Shown here one piece after another: positions 41,161 to 50,635 of a stretch of DNA of 52,669 nucleotides. The translations under genes were made by a program, and so were the position numbers. This stretch comes from Chitinivibrionales bacterium. GTDB lineage: Bacteria; Fibrobacterota; Chitinivibrionia; Chitinivibrionales; WJKA01. Under the pieces are notes generated by a model. That model was given only the letters and a program-made list of their open reading frames with translations. It searched no databases and was not told the origin of the DNA. Location of the stretch: positions 1-52,669 of the forward strand of contig JBBRUX010000026.1 in NCBI GenBank assembly GCA_038247415.1, given 5' to 3'. Each line of letters starts with the position of its first letter. Position 1 is the first letter of the stretch.

Positions 41161-41193
41161 GCGGATGTATGGAGAAAGTATCTTTACATCCGC
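41161..41193. terminator. Hairpin between convergent remnants
   Basis: GCGGATGTA...TACATCCGC 9-bp stem; weak T tail. Confidence 0.35.
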
Positions 41194-41327
41194 TTACATT
41201 ATACCGTAATGGCATGTGCTAGCGTGCATTTTCAGTCAAGAACATTTCCCCAAAAGACACGTTTTGATGCTCAAAATCAGTCACATGGGAAAGTGACTTT
41301 TCAGAACTCCCCCATTCAACCGCAACC

Positions 41328-41946
41328 TCACCAATTCTGAACAATTCTTCCTAACCGATGATTCTTCTCATCAACCCGTATCCGCACTCCCGACGCATCC
41401 GGACTTCGGTTGTGTGAAGGTGCAGCTGCGATTACCGGCCGTGGGATAAATCGTCCTGAAATGTCGAAATCTACAGCCTTTACATCTGAGTTTATCCCCG
41501 CATATTTAGGTACACTTTCCCTATTGGCAACAGCCCCACCGGTTGTTTTAAAAGTCTGATCGACACCATAATAGGTTATTCCCCCATTGGGCGTAAAAGT
41601 AAACCGCCAATGATATACAGTTCCCGGAGTAAGAGTAAAAGGCGACCAATCATCCCAGACACTTGCATGGATTCCCTACCCCCGAAACTACAACGTGAAC
41701 GTAATAGGTCGAATTTGGTGAGGGTTTCCCTGCATTGGGATCGGCATTAAAGCCTACGTAGGTTCCAACACCATATTCTACATTCCCAATAATGCAATTA
41801 TTTGTGAGATTCTCCTTGATCGCTCCATCATACCACGATAGCGCGGCTCTCTTTTCGAGCCCGTTGGGTGCGCTTACGCCGGGTTGGGCAAAGACCGTTG
41901 CTAAACAAAATAGTGGAATCATTTGAATGAAAACTCTTAGTCTCAT
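41328..41946 (-). pseudogene. Secreted protein with an internal deletion and a frameshift
   Basis: AGGAG RBS and signal peptide; frame switch at ~41665 to FN3-like LTPGTVYHWR; frameshift at ~41580 to TYYGVDQTFKT; tail FDISGR. Confidence 0.65.
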
Positions 41947-42297
41947 AGCTTTATCTCCTGCACAGTGTTTTAATATGAATGATTACCGACGGTTACTATA
42001 AACCTACGATCTATAATTAGCTGATATTGCCTTTGAAAAAAAATCATTTTGAGCTGAAAGGCGGTTTGATTTCTTGTTGAATAACAAGTAAACGCAATAC
42101 TACCTCACTGTCTAGGTTTCACATGTTTAAAACATTTCTAACAGCAGGGCATTCTTCCGTCTGAAGAATGTCGTATTACTAAAATTTTGCCTATTGAATG
42201 AGGCTCTTTAACTGTTTACATATAGACCATTATGCTATGTCTAAATAAACAGAAGAGGCTTGAGACAAGGGCTTATTTTCAAGCCAAAAAGTTAGAT

Positions 42298-42333
42298 TTG
42301 CTATTTTGAGAATTTGTTTTGCCAAATTGAGAA
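42298..42333 (+). promoter_or_regulatory. Candidate enhancer (bEBP) sites
   Basis: TTGCTATTTTGAGAA and TTGCCAAATTGAGAA, 21 bp apart, 75-110 bp upstream of the -24 element. Confidence 0.4.
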
Positions 42334-42407
42334 ATTGCACATGCAAAGCACTAAAAAATCTTTAAAAAAATATTAGATAAGCGCTTAATTAGGAACAAAT
42401 AGCGCGT

Positions 42408-42422
42408 TGGCATAGTTATTGC
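42408..42422 (+). promoter_or_regulatory. Sigma54 (-24/-12) promoter
   Basis: TGGCATAGTTATTGC fits TGGCAC-N5-TTGC with exact GG/GC spacing and points toward the 906-aa gene. Confidence 0.65.
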
Positions 42423-42504
42423 GAAATTACCCATCTCTCGAAATTTCAAACAGTTAGAAACCTCTAAAAACGACGACTCAACGTCACACCCATGTATTAT
42501 TGTT

Positions 42505-42690
42505 TCATTTATTGCAGTATTTCCCGTTTGTTTTCATTATGTACCATTTGTTTCAATTGATTGCAAATTCTTAACGAAGGAGCATTTATATGATAAAAGC
42601 ATCGTCACGTTTAACACATCATTTATTGTGTATTTCACTTGTTTGTCATTTTCTTAACAAAGGAGCCGTGATATGAAAAATGTATCGTCT
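42505..42690 (+). repeat. Degenerate tandem duplication of leader/RBS/start, creating a 28-aa upstream ORF (42590-42676)
   Basis: TCATTTATTG..TATTTC and TTCTTAAC(G/A)AAGGAGC...ATATGA...ATCGTC each occur twice; the uORF TGA overlaps ATG 42673. Confidence 0.55.
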
Positions 42691-45393
42691 TATTTTGTGC
42701 GACACTTGGTAGCAGGCGCCGGCCTCATTTTTATGATGGCTGGTGGAGTTTTTGCGATTGGCGGATTTGTTGACGACCATCTGGATGGCCTCCTTAACGG
42801 ATGGGACATAGTTGGAGTTTGCCCATGGTCAGAAGACGATGGTCTCATGAAACCAGAAGATGATTTTGGGCAATTAGGTTATTTGCTAACAAAATATCCG
42901 TGCTCTGATAACGGTACATTTGTCACAAAAATGATTGTTGATAGGAAAAGTGGTCCTTCTGCAGGAGTGGTTGTTCGTTGGACGAGTGAAAATAATTTTT
43001 ATTTTTTCACTCTAAAACCTGCAAACAAGGCTTCCACCTCGATGCTTTACTACTGCAAAAACACAACGGATATAGGATCAGGTACAGTTGTTGCAAATAA
43101 TTTTCCTGTTGGTACCACATTCTCCCTAAAAGTTGAGGTGAGGGGCAATCAGCTTTTTGTGTCAGTTGACAATGTGCTCAAGGCTACTATTACCGATGCT
43201 ATGGAGCCTAATGCCTATGGGCGTGTTGGATATGCACATTCGAGTCAAAATATTGCTCATAACACATATTTCGACAGTTCATCGTGGGTGGATGCTGTAA
43301 ATAGTCCATCGACAGTAGATTCCTTAATAAGAAATCCTCCGTTACCTGTTTATGGAGACATTAAGGTTTGCTTTGTAGACGAGGCCTATGGATCGACAAC
43401 TCTTGTTAAGCCTCGAGTATATGTCGAAAATACTGGGCTCATTCCATTACGAGGGTTTGTTGTTTACTACTACATTACAGTAGAAAACAACAAAATGCCT
43501 GTTCTCGAAGATTATTCGAGCCCGAACTGTTTGGTCTCAATGAGCTGGCTCGGGGATGCACGGTATCGTGTTACACTGGACTATACCGGAAGGGTGCTTG
43601 CCCCTGGGGAGATAACCTCGTTTGCAAACAGCACAAGCTTCGGAATTCATTACGACGATAATTCACCATTTGATAACTCTAATGATTTTTCTTATATGCC
43701 ATCTCAAACATGCACTACCAATCCAAATATGCCTGTTTTTTCGTTACCCTTGCCGGTTGCTGCTCCAGGCGTAGTGACACCTCCTGTTAATCCTCCTATT
43801 CCACTACCAGCGCCACAATCATTGTTGAGTGGACTAGCTTTGCCAGTTGTCTATCAGGTATATACTCTTACAGTAGTAAATATCCATTGCTATGAAACAG
43901 AAAGCATTTTTTCATCTGACCATTTGTTGCTTGATTCAAAAGTAGATGGAAGCTTAAGGGATAGCTATCGTAGACATCTTAATGATGGGGAAGATTGGGC
44001 GCTAAATGCTTCCTACATGTTTAGAAAGCAAGCTGTTCTTACACTAACTGACGATGATTGGTTGGATCCAGATGACCCCTTAGGAACTGTTGTGATAAGT
44101 ACAACGCCAGGTTTAAATCAAATAATAGATTTCACTGGACATGGGTCTCATTACAGGGTAACCTACAATGTCACCGTTTCTGATACGTCGGAGCCATCTG
44201 TTAGAACCGCAACATATACGGTAATTACACTGAATAATTTGCGTTGTTCGACAACAGAGGATAACTTCGGCGAAGATGAGGATAGATTGACATTTGTAGT
44301 CGATAAAATCCAGGCTGCGCAGTTCGAATTTAATCTCAACAGCAAACAAGACCACTATCTGAATGCTCCCTTCGCATTCGAATCGCCTTTAGATGCCAAA
44401 GTTAACCTTACCGAGCTTGACAATCCAAGTATAGGCGATGAAAATGATGATTTAGGAACAAAATCCCTTGATCTTGCCATAGGAGATCACTCTGTAAAAT
44501 TTAGGGGATCTGGTTTTAATTATACCTTGTATTATACTATTTCCACCGTGTCTCGTACTGTGTCGATAAAAAGCGATGAGCAAGTTGCCCTCGACAACTT
44601 TGCTGCTTCAACAAAACCAGGGTTATGGCCACATGTCGACAAAAATGCACTCATTAACGATATTACCCGGAAGATTGGTCCTAAACCTAATGCAAATCTA
44701 TTTAAATACTGGCCCAATCAACAGCAGACTGATTTCTGCGGACCTGCGGCTATTATGTACGATCTGCTCAAACGAGATCCTTTGCGATACGTTGACTTTT
44801 GTAGAAAAGTATTTGAGGAAGCAAAATTCAATGGCCGCACCAGAACCCTCGTTGTTGATAAAGATCAAGATGTGCTCAAGAGTAAGGTTCCAGCAAGCTT
44901 TGGTGGCCCCCTTGATCCTGAGGAAAATCAAGCTGATTGGATGACTATGGCATTTTTGCGAGATGAAGCGAATTGGGCATGGGACGTTGATGCCAATGGA
45001 AATGGGATAACAAACGGCTTCACAACTCCCGCTGAAATGGAAACGTGGATCATTGATGTGTTAGGATTCTCAAACTCTAGCTCCGAAACTACTTGGATCT
45101 TTGGAGAGGTTAGTGCTATTGACAGAGCTCGTCAAACCATAGAAAATAAGGGTGGCGTTTCATATGCGATGATAAAGTCGGAATTAATACAAAATTCGAC
45201 TATTCCTTTGTGGCCTTGGCCAGACCATTGGATAGCAGTTATTGGTGGTGTGGTCCTAGACCATGGAACGTGGTACATCCATGATAGCGGTCGGGTGCAA
45301 TTCCAATTTTTTACTTGGGGTTACATTGACAATGTCAATCTAAGTGAGAATAAATTCGAGTCTGGCTTTTATGGTGTAGCATTGGGTGAGTAG
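42673..45393 (+). CDS. Secreted multidomain protein: lectin-like beta-sandwich, CBM3-like, Pro linker, two Asp-rich beta repeats, papain-like Cys-His domain
   Basis: Signal peptide; KPRVYVENTG...FDNSNDFSY (CBM3-like); repeats with DDPLGT/NDDLGT; QQQTDFCGPAA...DHWI...FTWG. Confidence 0.75.
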   Translation: MKNVSSYFVRHLVAGAGLIFMMAGGVFAIGGFVDDHLDGLLNGWDIVGVCPWSEDDGLMKPEDDFGQLGYLLTKYPCSDNGTFVTKMIVDRKSGPSAGVVVRWTSENNFYFFTLKPANKASTSMLYYCKNTTDIGSGTVVANNFPVGTTFSLKVEVRGNQLFVSVDNVLKATITDAMEPNAYGRVGYAHSSQNIAHNTYFDSSSWVDAVNSPSTVDSLIRNPPLPVYGDIKVCFVDEAYGSTTLVKPRVYVENTGLIPLRGFVVYYYITVENNKMPVLEDYSSPNCLVSMSWLGDARYRVTLDYTGRVLAPGEITSFANSTSFGIHYDDNSPFDNSNDFSYMPSQTCTTNPNMPVFSLPLPVAAPGVVTPPVNPPIPLPAPQSLLSGLALPVVYQVYTLTVVNIHCYETESIFSSDHLLLDSKVDGSLRDSYRRHLNDGEDWALNASYMFRKQAVLTLTDDDWLDPDDPLGTVVISTTPGLNQIIDFTGHGSHYRVTYNVTVSDTSEPSVRTATYTVITLNNLRCSTTEDNFGEDEDRLTFVVDKIQAAQFEFNLNSKQDHYLNAPFAFESPLDAKVNLTELDNPSIGDENDDLGTKSLDLAIGDHSVKFRGSGFNYTLYYTISTVSRTVSIKSDEQVALDNFAASTKPGLWPHVDKNALINDITRKIGPKPNANLFKYWPNQQQTDFCGPAAIMYDLLKRDPLRYVDFCRKVFEEAKFNGRTRTLVVDKDQDVLKSKVPASFGGPLDPEENQADWMTMAFLRDEANWAWDVDANGNGITNGFTTPAEMETWIIDVLGFSNSSSETTWIFGEVSAIDRARQTIENKGGVSYAMIKSELIQNSTIPLWPWPDHWIAVIGGVVLDHGTWYIHDSGRVQFQFFTWGYIDNVNLSENKFESGFYGVALGE

Positions 45394-45422
45394 ATTGCAT
45401 AGAACACTTTATAGTACATAGC

Positions 45423-45460
45423 TAATAGTCCCTGTCAATTCTCATTGACGTGGACTATTA
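45423..45460 (+). terminator. Hairpin after the 906-aa gene
   Basis: TAATAGTCC..GTCAAT-TCTC-ATTGAC..GGACTATTA. Confidence 0.55.
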
Positions 45461-45753
45461 TTAGAAAAGGTACGCGTTATGTCACCTCATAAAGGGTCGA
45501 ATATTTTAATGGTTCTTCGTGGATTGTAGTCGACTCAGACAGCCCTGCAAACCGGTTTCTTGGTACTGGATGGAATGATGGATTGTATAATAGTCGGGTA
45601 ACACCTTCAGAAGACAAATGCGCATTTAATACATTTGAAAAGACCGGATTATAGGGAATTATTGTTTAGCTTATTTGCATTTGGGAGCAGGTTTGTGCTC
45701 CCCTATTACGACGCTAGCCAAGAGTTTGGGTTACTTTCGAAAGGCGGGAACAA

Positions 45754-45950
45754 TTACCGTCTTGATAAGAGCTGCAAGACGAGGCAGCTCTTTGGCAAAC
45801 GCTGACCAGCAGCATTCACAGCAAGTCGGCCCGATGATCTCCCAAAGTCGTGCGGTGCAATTTTGCCAGCACATGCTAGCGGTTCCGTAGCTGTTGCTCC
45901 GTACTCAAATAGCCCACTATCAGGCTTGCTTCCCTGAAACGGAAGCCCCC
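45754..45950 (-). pseudogene. 3' remnant of a secreted (PL9/beta-helix-like) protein
   Basis: GLPFQGSKPDSGLFEY resembles the GLPxxGxxPDLGAFE terminal motif; short tail VNAAGQR. Confidence 0.4.
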
Positions 45951-45989
45951 ACAGTTGAGTTGGAAATCTCAATAGATATTGGGCTATTG

Positions 45990-46470
45990 TCAGCAACCAG
46001 AGCGTGAACTGTAATAGTGACCGACATCTTTAAATTCTTCACGAAGCAGGAACTCAGCTTCACGGTATAGCGCCGCGTACTCGTCAAGAAAACACTCTCT
46101 GATATTCATCTCAACTGAGCGGTTCTGATTAAAAAACCGCATGTACAGCGGAATTCCGCCGCACAGGAAATAGATTCGGGCTTTGTCTTCGAGCGAATAG
46201 CCGGGATGAAAAAGCCCAGATTCGATAAACGAAAATGGTTTTAACAATATCTGACCGGTTCTTCTGCCGTACAACGGGCTTTTTGCTCCAAGAACCTCCC
46301 GTTCCATGAACCCGATATACGATCCGCAGAGAAGCAGCACCATGCTCCCTGCTTTGCTCGACTGCATGTCCCAGAGCTGCTGCAGGACCGAGGGAAGCTC
46401 TGGACTTGATTCTACCATCCATTGGTATTCATCAAGCGCCAGCACGATCTTTCCGCGCGCATCGACGTTC
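45990..46470 (-). pseudogene. Internal fragment of an archaeal-type AAA ATPase (DUF234-associated family)
   Basis: LALDEYQW, LQQLWD, LCGS, SPLYGRRT, GGIPLY; Walker A and C-terminal half absent. Confidence 0.8.
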
Positions 46471-46657
46471 GCACAAACCGTTTCAAAATGTGATTTCATG
46501 ACGGTAAGCGAACAGGCAAAGAGCACCACGGATTGGCAATCGTTGACCTCGATGCGATATGTTCCCGGATCCACTCCGCTGATCTCGAATTATAAAGCCC
46601 TGAATCAAGAGAATCAGAAAGTAATCTTTTGGCAGTTAGAGCGGTGTCTCCATGACG

Positions 46658-49285
46658 CTATTCGCCAAACCTGCGATAAAACCAAGACTTTACGAGCTGC
46701 GTCAGGATTACATAGCACACCATCATACCCGCCAAAATAGCCCAGTAAAGGGGTGGAAGTGGAACAAATCCGAGCATATCCGCCAAGGGTGATACTGTCA
46801 ACAACGCTCCCAAAACGACAATTGTTATCGAAGTGATGATGAGTGGTCGACTTGCCCAACTTTGAAAAAATGGAATCTTATTAGTTCGGATAACATGAAT
46901 GATAAGCGTCTGCGTGAAAAGCGATTCAACAAACCAGCCAGTTTGGAACATGGCAGGATTGTCAAGGCACTTGAACACATGTATCATAATAAAAAATGTT
47001 ATGTAATCGAAGATCGAGCTGATCGGCCCGATAAAGAGTATAAAGCGAAGAATACCACCAATTTCCCATTTGCGAGGCTTGGTAAGCCACTCTGCATCCA
47101 CTTCATCGCTGGGAATTGTCGTTTGCGACAAATCATACAGAAGATTATTAGTTAAGACCTGTATCGGTTTCATGGGAAGGAACGGGAGAAATGCACTTGC
47201 CCCAACAACGCTAAACATGTTGCCGAAGTTTGAACTTGCCGCCATTTTGATATACTTGACAATATTGCCAAACACTCGTCTACCTTCGAGTACACCTTGT
47301 TCTAATATCAATAGACTGTTTTCGAGCAGAATGATATCTGATGACTCTTTGGCAATGTCAACCGCAGTGTTGACCGAAATCCCCACATCCGCGGCTTTTA
47401 GTGCGGGTGCATCGTTAATACCATCGCCCATAAATCCAACCACATGCCCTTTTTTCTGAAGCGCTCGAATAATGCGCTCCTTGTGGGCAGGGGCCAGCCG
47501 CGCAAAGACACTGGTTACTTCTACCGCTTCGGCAAGCTGCTCTTCGTTCATGGCCTCTATTTGAGAGCCAAGCAAGAGATTCTCGACGGGCAAGCCTACT
47601 TCTTTGCAGATGTATGCAGTAATGATCTCGTTGTCACCTGTCAAAATCTTAACACCCACGTTCAGACCATGAAGTCGCTTGAGAGTCTCGGCTGTGGTTT
47701 CCTTGGGCGGATCGAGGAAAGCCATAAAACCCAGGAGTATCAAGTCCGATTCATCTTTAACAGAGTAGGTAGGATCATCGGTTGCTCCGGGCATTTGTTT
47801 ATAGGCAAGGGCAATTACGCGAAACCCCTGAGCGTTAAGGCTATCAGCCAATTGCCGTCGTTTGGCGTCGTGTTCGGGAAGGACTTCGATGACTTCTCCC
47901 TGGACCTCAATGCGCGTGCATTGCGAAAGAACTTCTTCAACGGCACCTTTACAAATAAGTGTATTCAATCCTGTAGAATCTTCGACAATCACCGACATGC
48001 GCCGACGGATAAAATCAAAAGGGATCTCATCAATCTTGCGGAATTTCTCTTTTGCTTTCAGGCTCTGTTCTAAGTCCTCATGGTTACGGATGGCTTCGTC
48101 GAGCAAGTTCTTAAGTCCGGTATGGTGATAGCTGTTTAGATAGCCATACTCTAGCACTTTATCGCTGGGGTCTCCATGAGCATCCAAGTGTTTTTCCAGA
48201 ATAATTTTGCCTTGCGTAAGAGTCCCGGTTTTGTCGGTGCAGAGCATATCCATCGCGCCGAAGTTCTGGATCGCGTTTAACCGTTTGACAATAACCTTAA
48301 TGCGCGCCAATGCTAGTGCGCCCTTGGAAAGGTTTACCGTCACGATCATCGGCAGCATCTCGGGAGTGAGCCCAACGGCAACCGCCATTGCAAACATGAA
48401 GGCTTCTAACCAGTTATGCTTACTCAATCCATTGACAAAAAAGACTGTGGGGACCATAACAGCAATAAAAGAAATCATGAGCCAGGTGAACCGATTAACG
48501 CCTTTGTCGAAGCTTGTGAGTGTGCGCTCACCGACAATACTTGCTGCCAGCGTTCCGAAAAAAGTTTTCTCACCGGTAAGTACTACAACTGCCGTGGCAG
48601 AGCCACTCTCCACATTGGAGCCAAGAAAACAAATGTTTGGCAGCTCCAACGGATTAGGTATGTCGATTGACATCTTCTCAGCTTTTCTCTCCACGGGCAA
48701 GCTTTCTCCAGTAAGTGCCGTTTGGTTAATAAACAAATCCTTGGCAGAAAGCAAGCGTACATCGGCGGGAACCATATCTCCAGCGGATAATCGGATAATA
48801 TCGCCTGGCGTCAGCATCTTGAGAGGAAGATTCACTTCTTTTCCATCGCGAATTACGGTAGCTGTGTTGCCAACCATCGCCTTGAGTTTTTCGGCGGCAT
48901 TATCAGCCCGCGTTTCTTGAAAAAAACGCAACACCACACCAAGAATTACCATCACAAAAATGACCACAGCCGCCCGCATATCGCCGGTAACAATCGAAAT
49001 GGTACCAAGCGCAATAAGCAACAGAACCAAGGGATTCTTGATATTTGCCCAAAGTCGCATTAACGCCGATTGACGTTTCTCCCGAGCAATCTCATTAGGT
49101 CCATAGTGAGACAAACGAGAATCTGCTTGTGCCTGGGTCAAACCTTCTAATTTCGAGTCGAGTTCTTTGAGGACCGCCTCAGAATCGGCGCGCGCTTTTT
49201 CCCGCAACTGCTCAGAAACGCGCGTTGCATTCGCATGAAGGGGACTACCTTTACCTTTGGCCTGACTTTTGATGGTTGTTGGCAA
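46658..49285 (-). CDS. mgtA: Magnesium-translocating P-type ATPase
   Basis: TGES, TPEMLP, DKTGT, GDGINDAP, SSNFGN, FQTGWFVES; TTG start with AAGGGAG RBS. Confidence 0.95.
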   Translation of the reverse strand: MPTTIKSQAKGKGSPLHANATRVSEQLREKARADSEAVLKELDSKLEGLTQAQADSRLSHYGPNEIAREKRQSALMRLWANIKNPLVLLLIALGTISIVTGDMRAAVVIFVMVILGVVLRFFQETRADNAAEKLKAMVGNTATVIRDGKEVNLPLKMLTPGDIIRLSAGDMVPADVRLLSAKDLFINQTALTGESLPVERKAEKMSIDIPNPLELPNICFLGSNVESGSATAVVVLTGEKTFFGTLAASIVGERTLTSFDKGVNRFTWLMISFIAVMVPTVFFVNGLSKHNWLEAFMFAMAVAVGLTPEMLPMIVTVNLSKGALALARIKVIVKRLNAIQNFGAMDMLCTDKTGTLTQGKIILEKHLDAHGDPSDKVLEYGYLNSYHHTGLKNLLDEAIRNHEDLEQSLKAKEKFRKIDEIPFDFIRRRMSVIVEDSTGLNTLICKGAVEEVLSQCTRIEVQGEVIEVLPEHDAKRRQLADSLNAQGFRVIALAYKQMPGATDDPTYSVKDESDLILLGFMAFLDPPKETTAETLKRLHGLNVGVKILTGDNEIITAYICKEVGLPVENLLLGSQIEAMNEEQLAEAVEVTSVFARLAPAHKERIIRALQKKGHVVGFMGDGINDAPALKAADVGISVNTAVDIAKESSDIILLENSLLILEQGVLEGRRVFGNIVKYIKMAASSNFGNMFSVVGASAFLPFLPMKPIQVLTNNLLYDLSQTTIPSDEVDAEWLTKPRKWEIGGILRFILFIGPISSIFDYITFFIMIHVFKCLDNPAMFQTGWFVESLFTQTLIIHVIRTNKIPFFQSWASRPLIITSITIVVLGALLTVSPLADMLGFVPLPPLYWAILAGMMVCYVILTQLVKSWFYRRFGE

Positions 49286-49399
49286 ACCTGATCTCCCTTT
49301 TAATAACTATGGTGATTGCAGCACAAAGAATTCACCCCTTACCGGCACCACATTTCGATAAGCGTTTTTAGATGCTCATCGGTGCATGAAAGCATTGCT

Positions 49400-49710
49400 A
49401 ACGAGTGTAATTGGAACAATAAAGCAATATCCGAGCCAGAAGCGAGATACAGCGCACATCGCTCTTTTGCGGCGAATAAACTCATAAGAATTAGAATCTG
49501 CGAGGATCTGCGTGGTTCACAATTCGCAATAATGCGATGCGCTGTGAAGTTGATTTTCGAATTTGACGAAATCAAACGCGGCGGAAAGGGGCAGGGTTTT
49601 GCTGAGGGCGAAGATTACGATATACATGCTTCGACACAGCTTTTCACAATACTGGATCGAAGGAATGCGCAGAGCCGATCATGTTAAGTTGGGCATTCTA
49701 GATTTATCCC
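49400..49710 (+). pseudogene. Highly decayed tyrosine recombinase/integrase remnant
   Basis: Ordered motifs DLRGSQ (like GLRxSE), GGKG (49580), KITIYMLRHSF (~49612-49643) and frameshifted LG/GHS (~49690). Confidence 0.5.
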
Positions 49711-49877
49711 TTCCATTTTACAAAAAGCGATCACGCAGCATGTATGCGAAGATTTTGCAAATATCAAGATCCTTTTTTCCTGTATTCTGCCGAATACGCC
49801 TTTTTTACGAACTGGTCTGATTGTCAGTGGCGGTAGAGTGTCTTATAAAACAGGAACTGTCTTTACATGGAGGACTT

Positions 49878-50502
49878 ATGCGCACAATTCTAAAACCTGC
49901 CTTCTTGTCGTATCACATCCGCCCCGGCGCATCGTATGTGTGTACTCTGTCGGTAATTTCCAGCGGAACCTGTTCACCGCTATCGCACCTCATCATCCGT
50001 TGCAAATAGCGAAATCAATCTGCTTTACTGGAGATAATTATTGGCAGTCACAAGCGCTACCGGATCGTACGTAATAGACAGCGTACCAGTAATCGGTGTC
50101 AGCTCCCGCGGCATGGTTGTCGCCATGCGTGGCAGCGAGACATTGGCCATCGACACTATCACCTTTCTTCCTGGCAGCACTATCATAAAAAACTTCATTG
50201 TTTCCTCTATAACAATTTCTGCATCACAACCAATGCCGAACAAAAGACGTTCTGGACCAAGTATATTTACATTGAGCTATCGTGGAAAAAACCAAATCGT
50301 CGCATCATTCAACAATTTATCGCACCCGGGCCATTTAACACTCTTTGATGCATCGGGAAAAATTGTTGCTCAAAAGGCTTTCGCCGTTCATTCGGCACCC
50401 ATTGTTATTTCTTGCGGCACATTGGCAAAAGGTCCGCTTTTTGCACTTTTATCAAACGGAAGCAAGACTATCTGGCGCACAATAGTCGTTGTCGGCAATT
50501 GA
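49878..50502 (+). pseudogene. Secreted protein with sorting tail, 5' half frameshifted and stopped
   Basis: GGAGG RBS with ATG 49878 (MRTILKPAFL); broken frames to 50040; intact 3' part TSATGSYVIDSVP...LTLFDASGKIV. Confidence 0.6.
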
Positions 50503-50635
50503 ACATTGTGAAGCCTGTATTCTAAAAATATCGCTTTCTGAGCATTCCCATTGCTCATCTTTTAATCTTCAGGTATCTTTAGTAGTATAGTGCACTGGGG
50601 CTTTGCTGATTCATTTACCATAAAAGGGAGGTTGT

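Noticed and set aside
49290..49800. Mg-sensing riboswitch or leader peptide upstream of mgtA
   Set aside because: No recognisable M-box or mgtL-like feature; an Infernal/Rfam scan would be needed.
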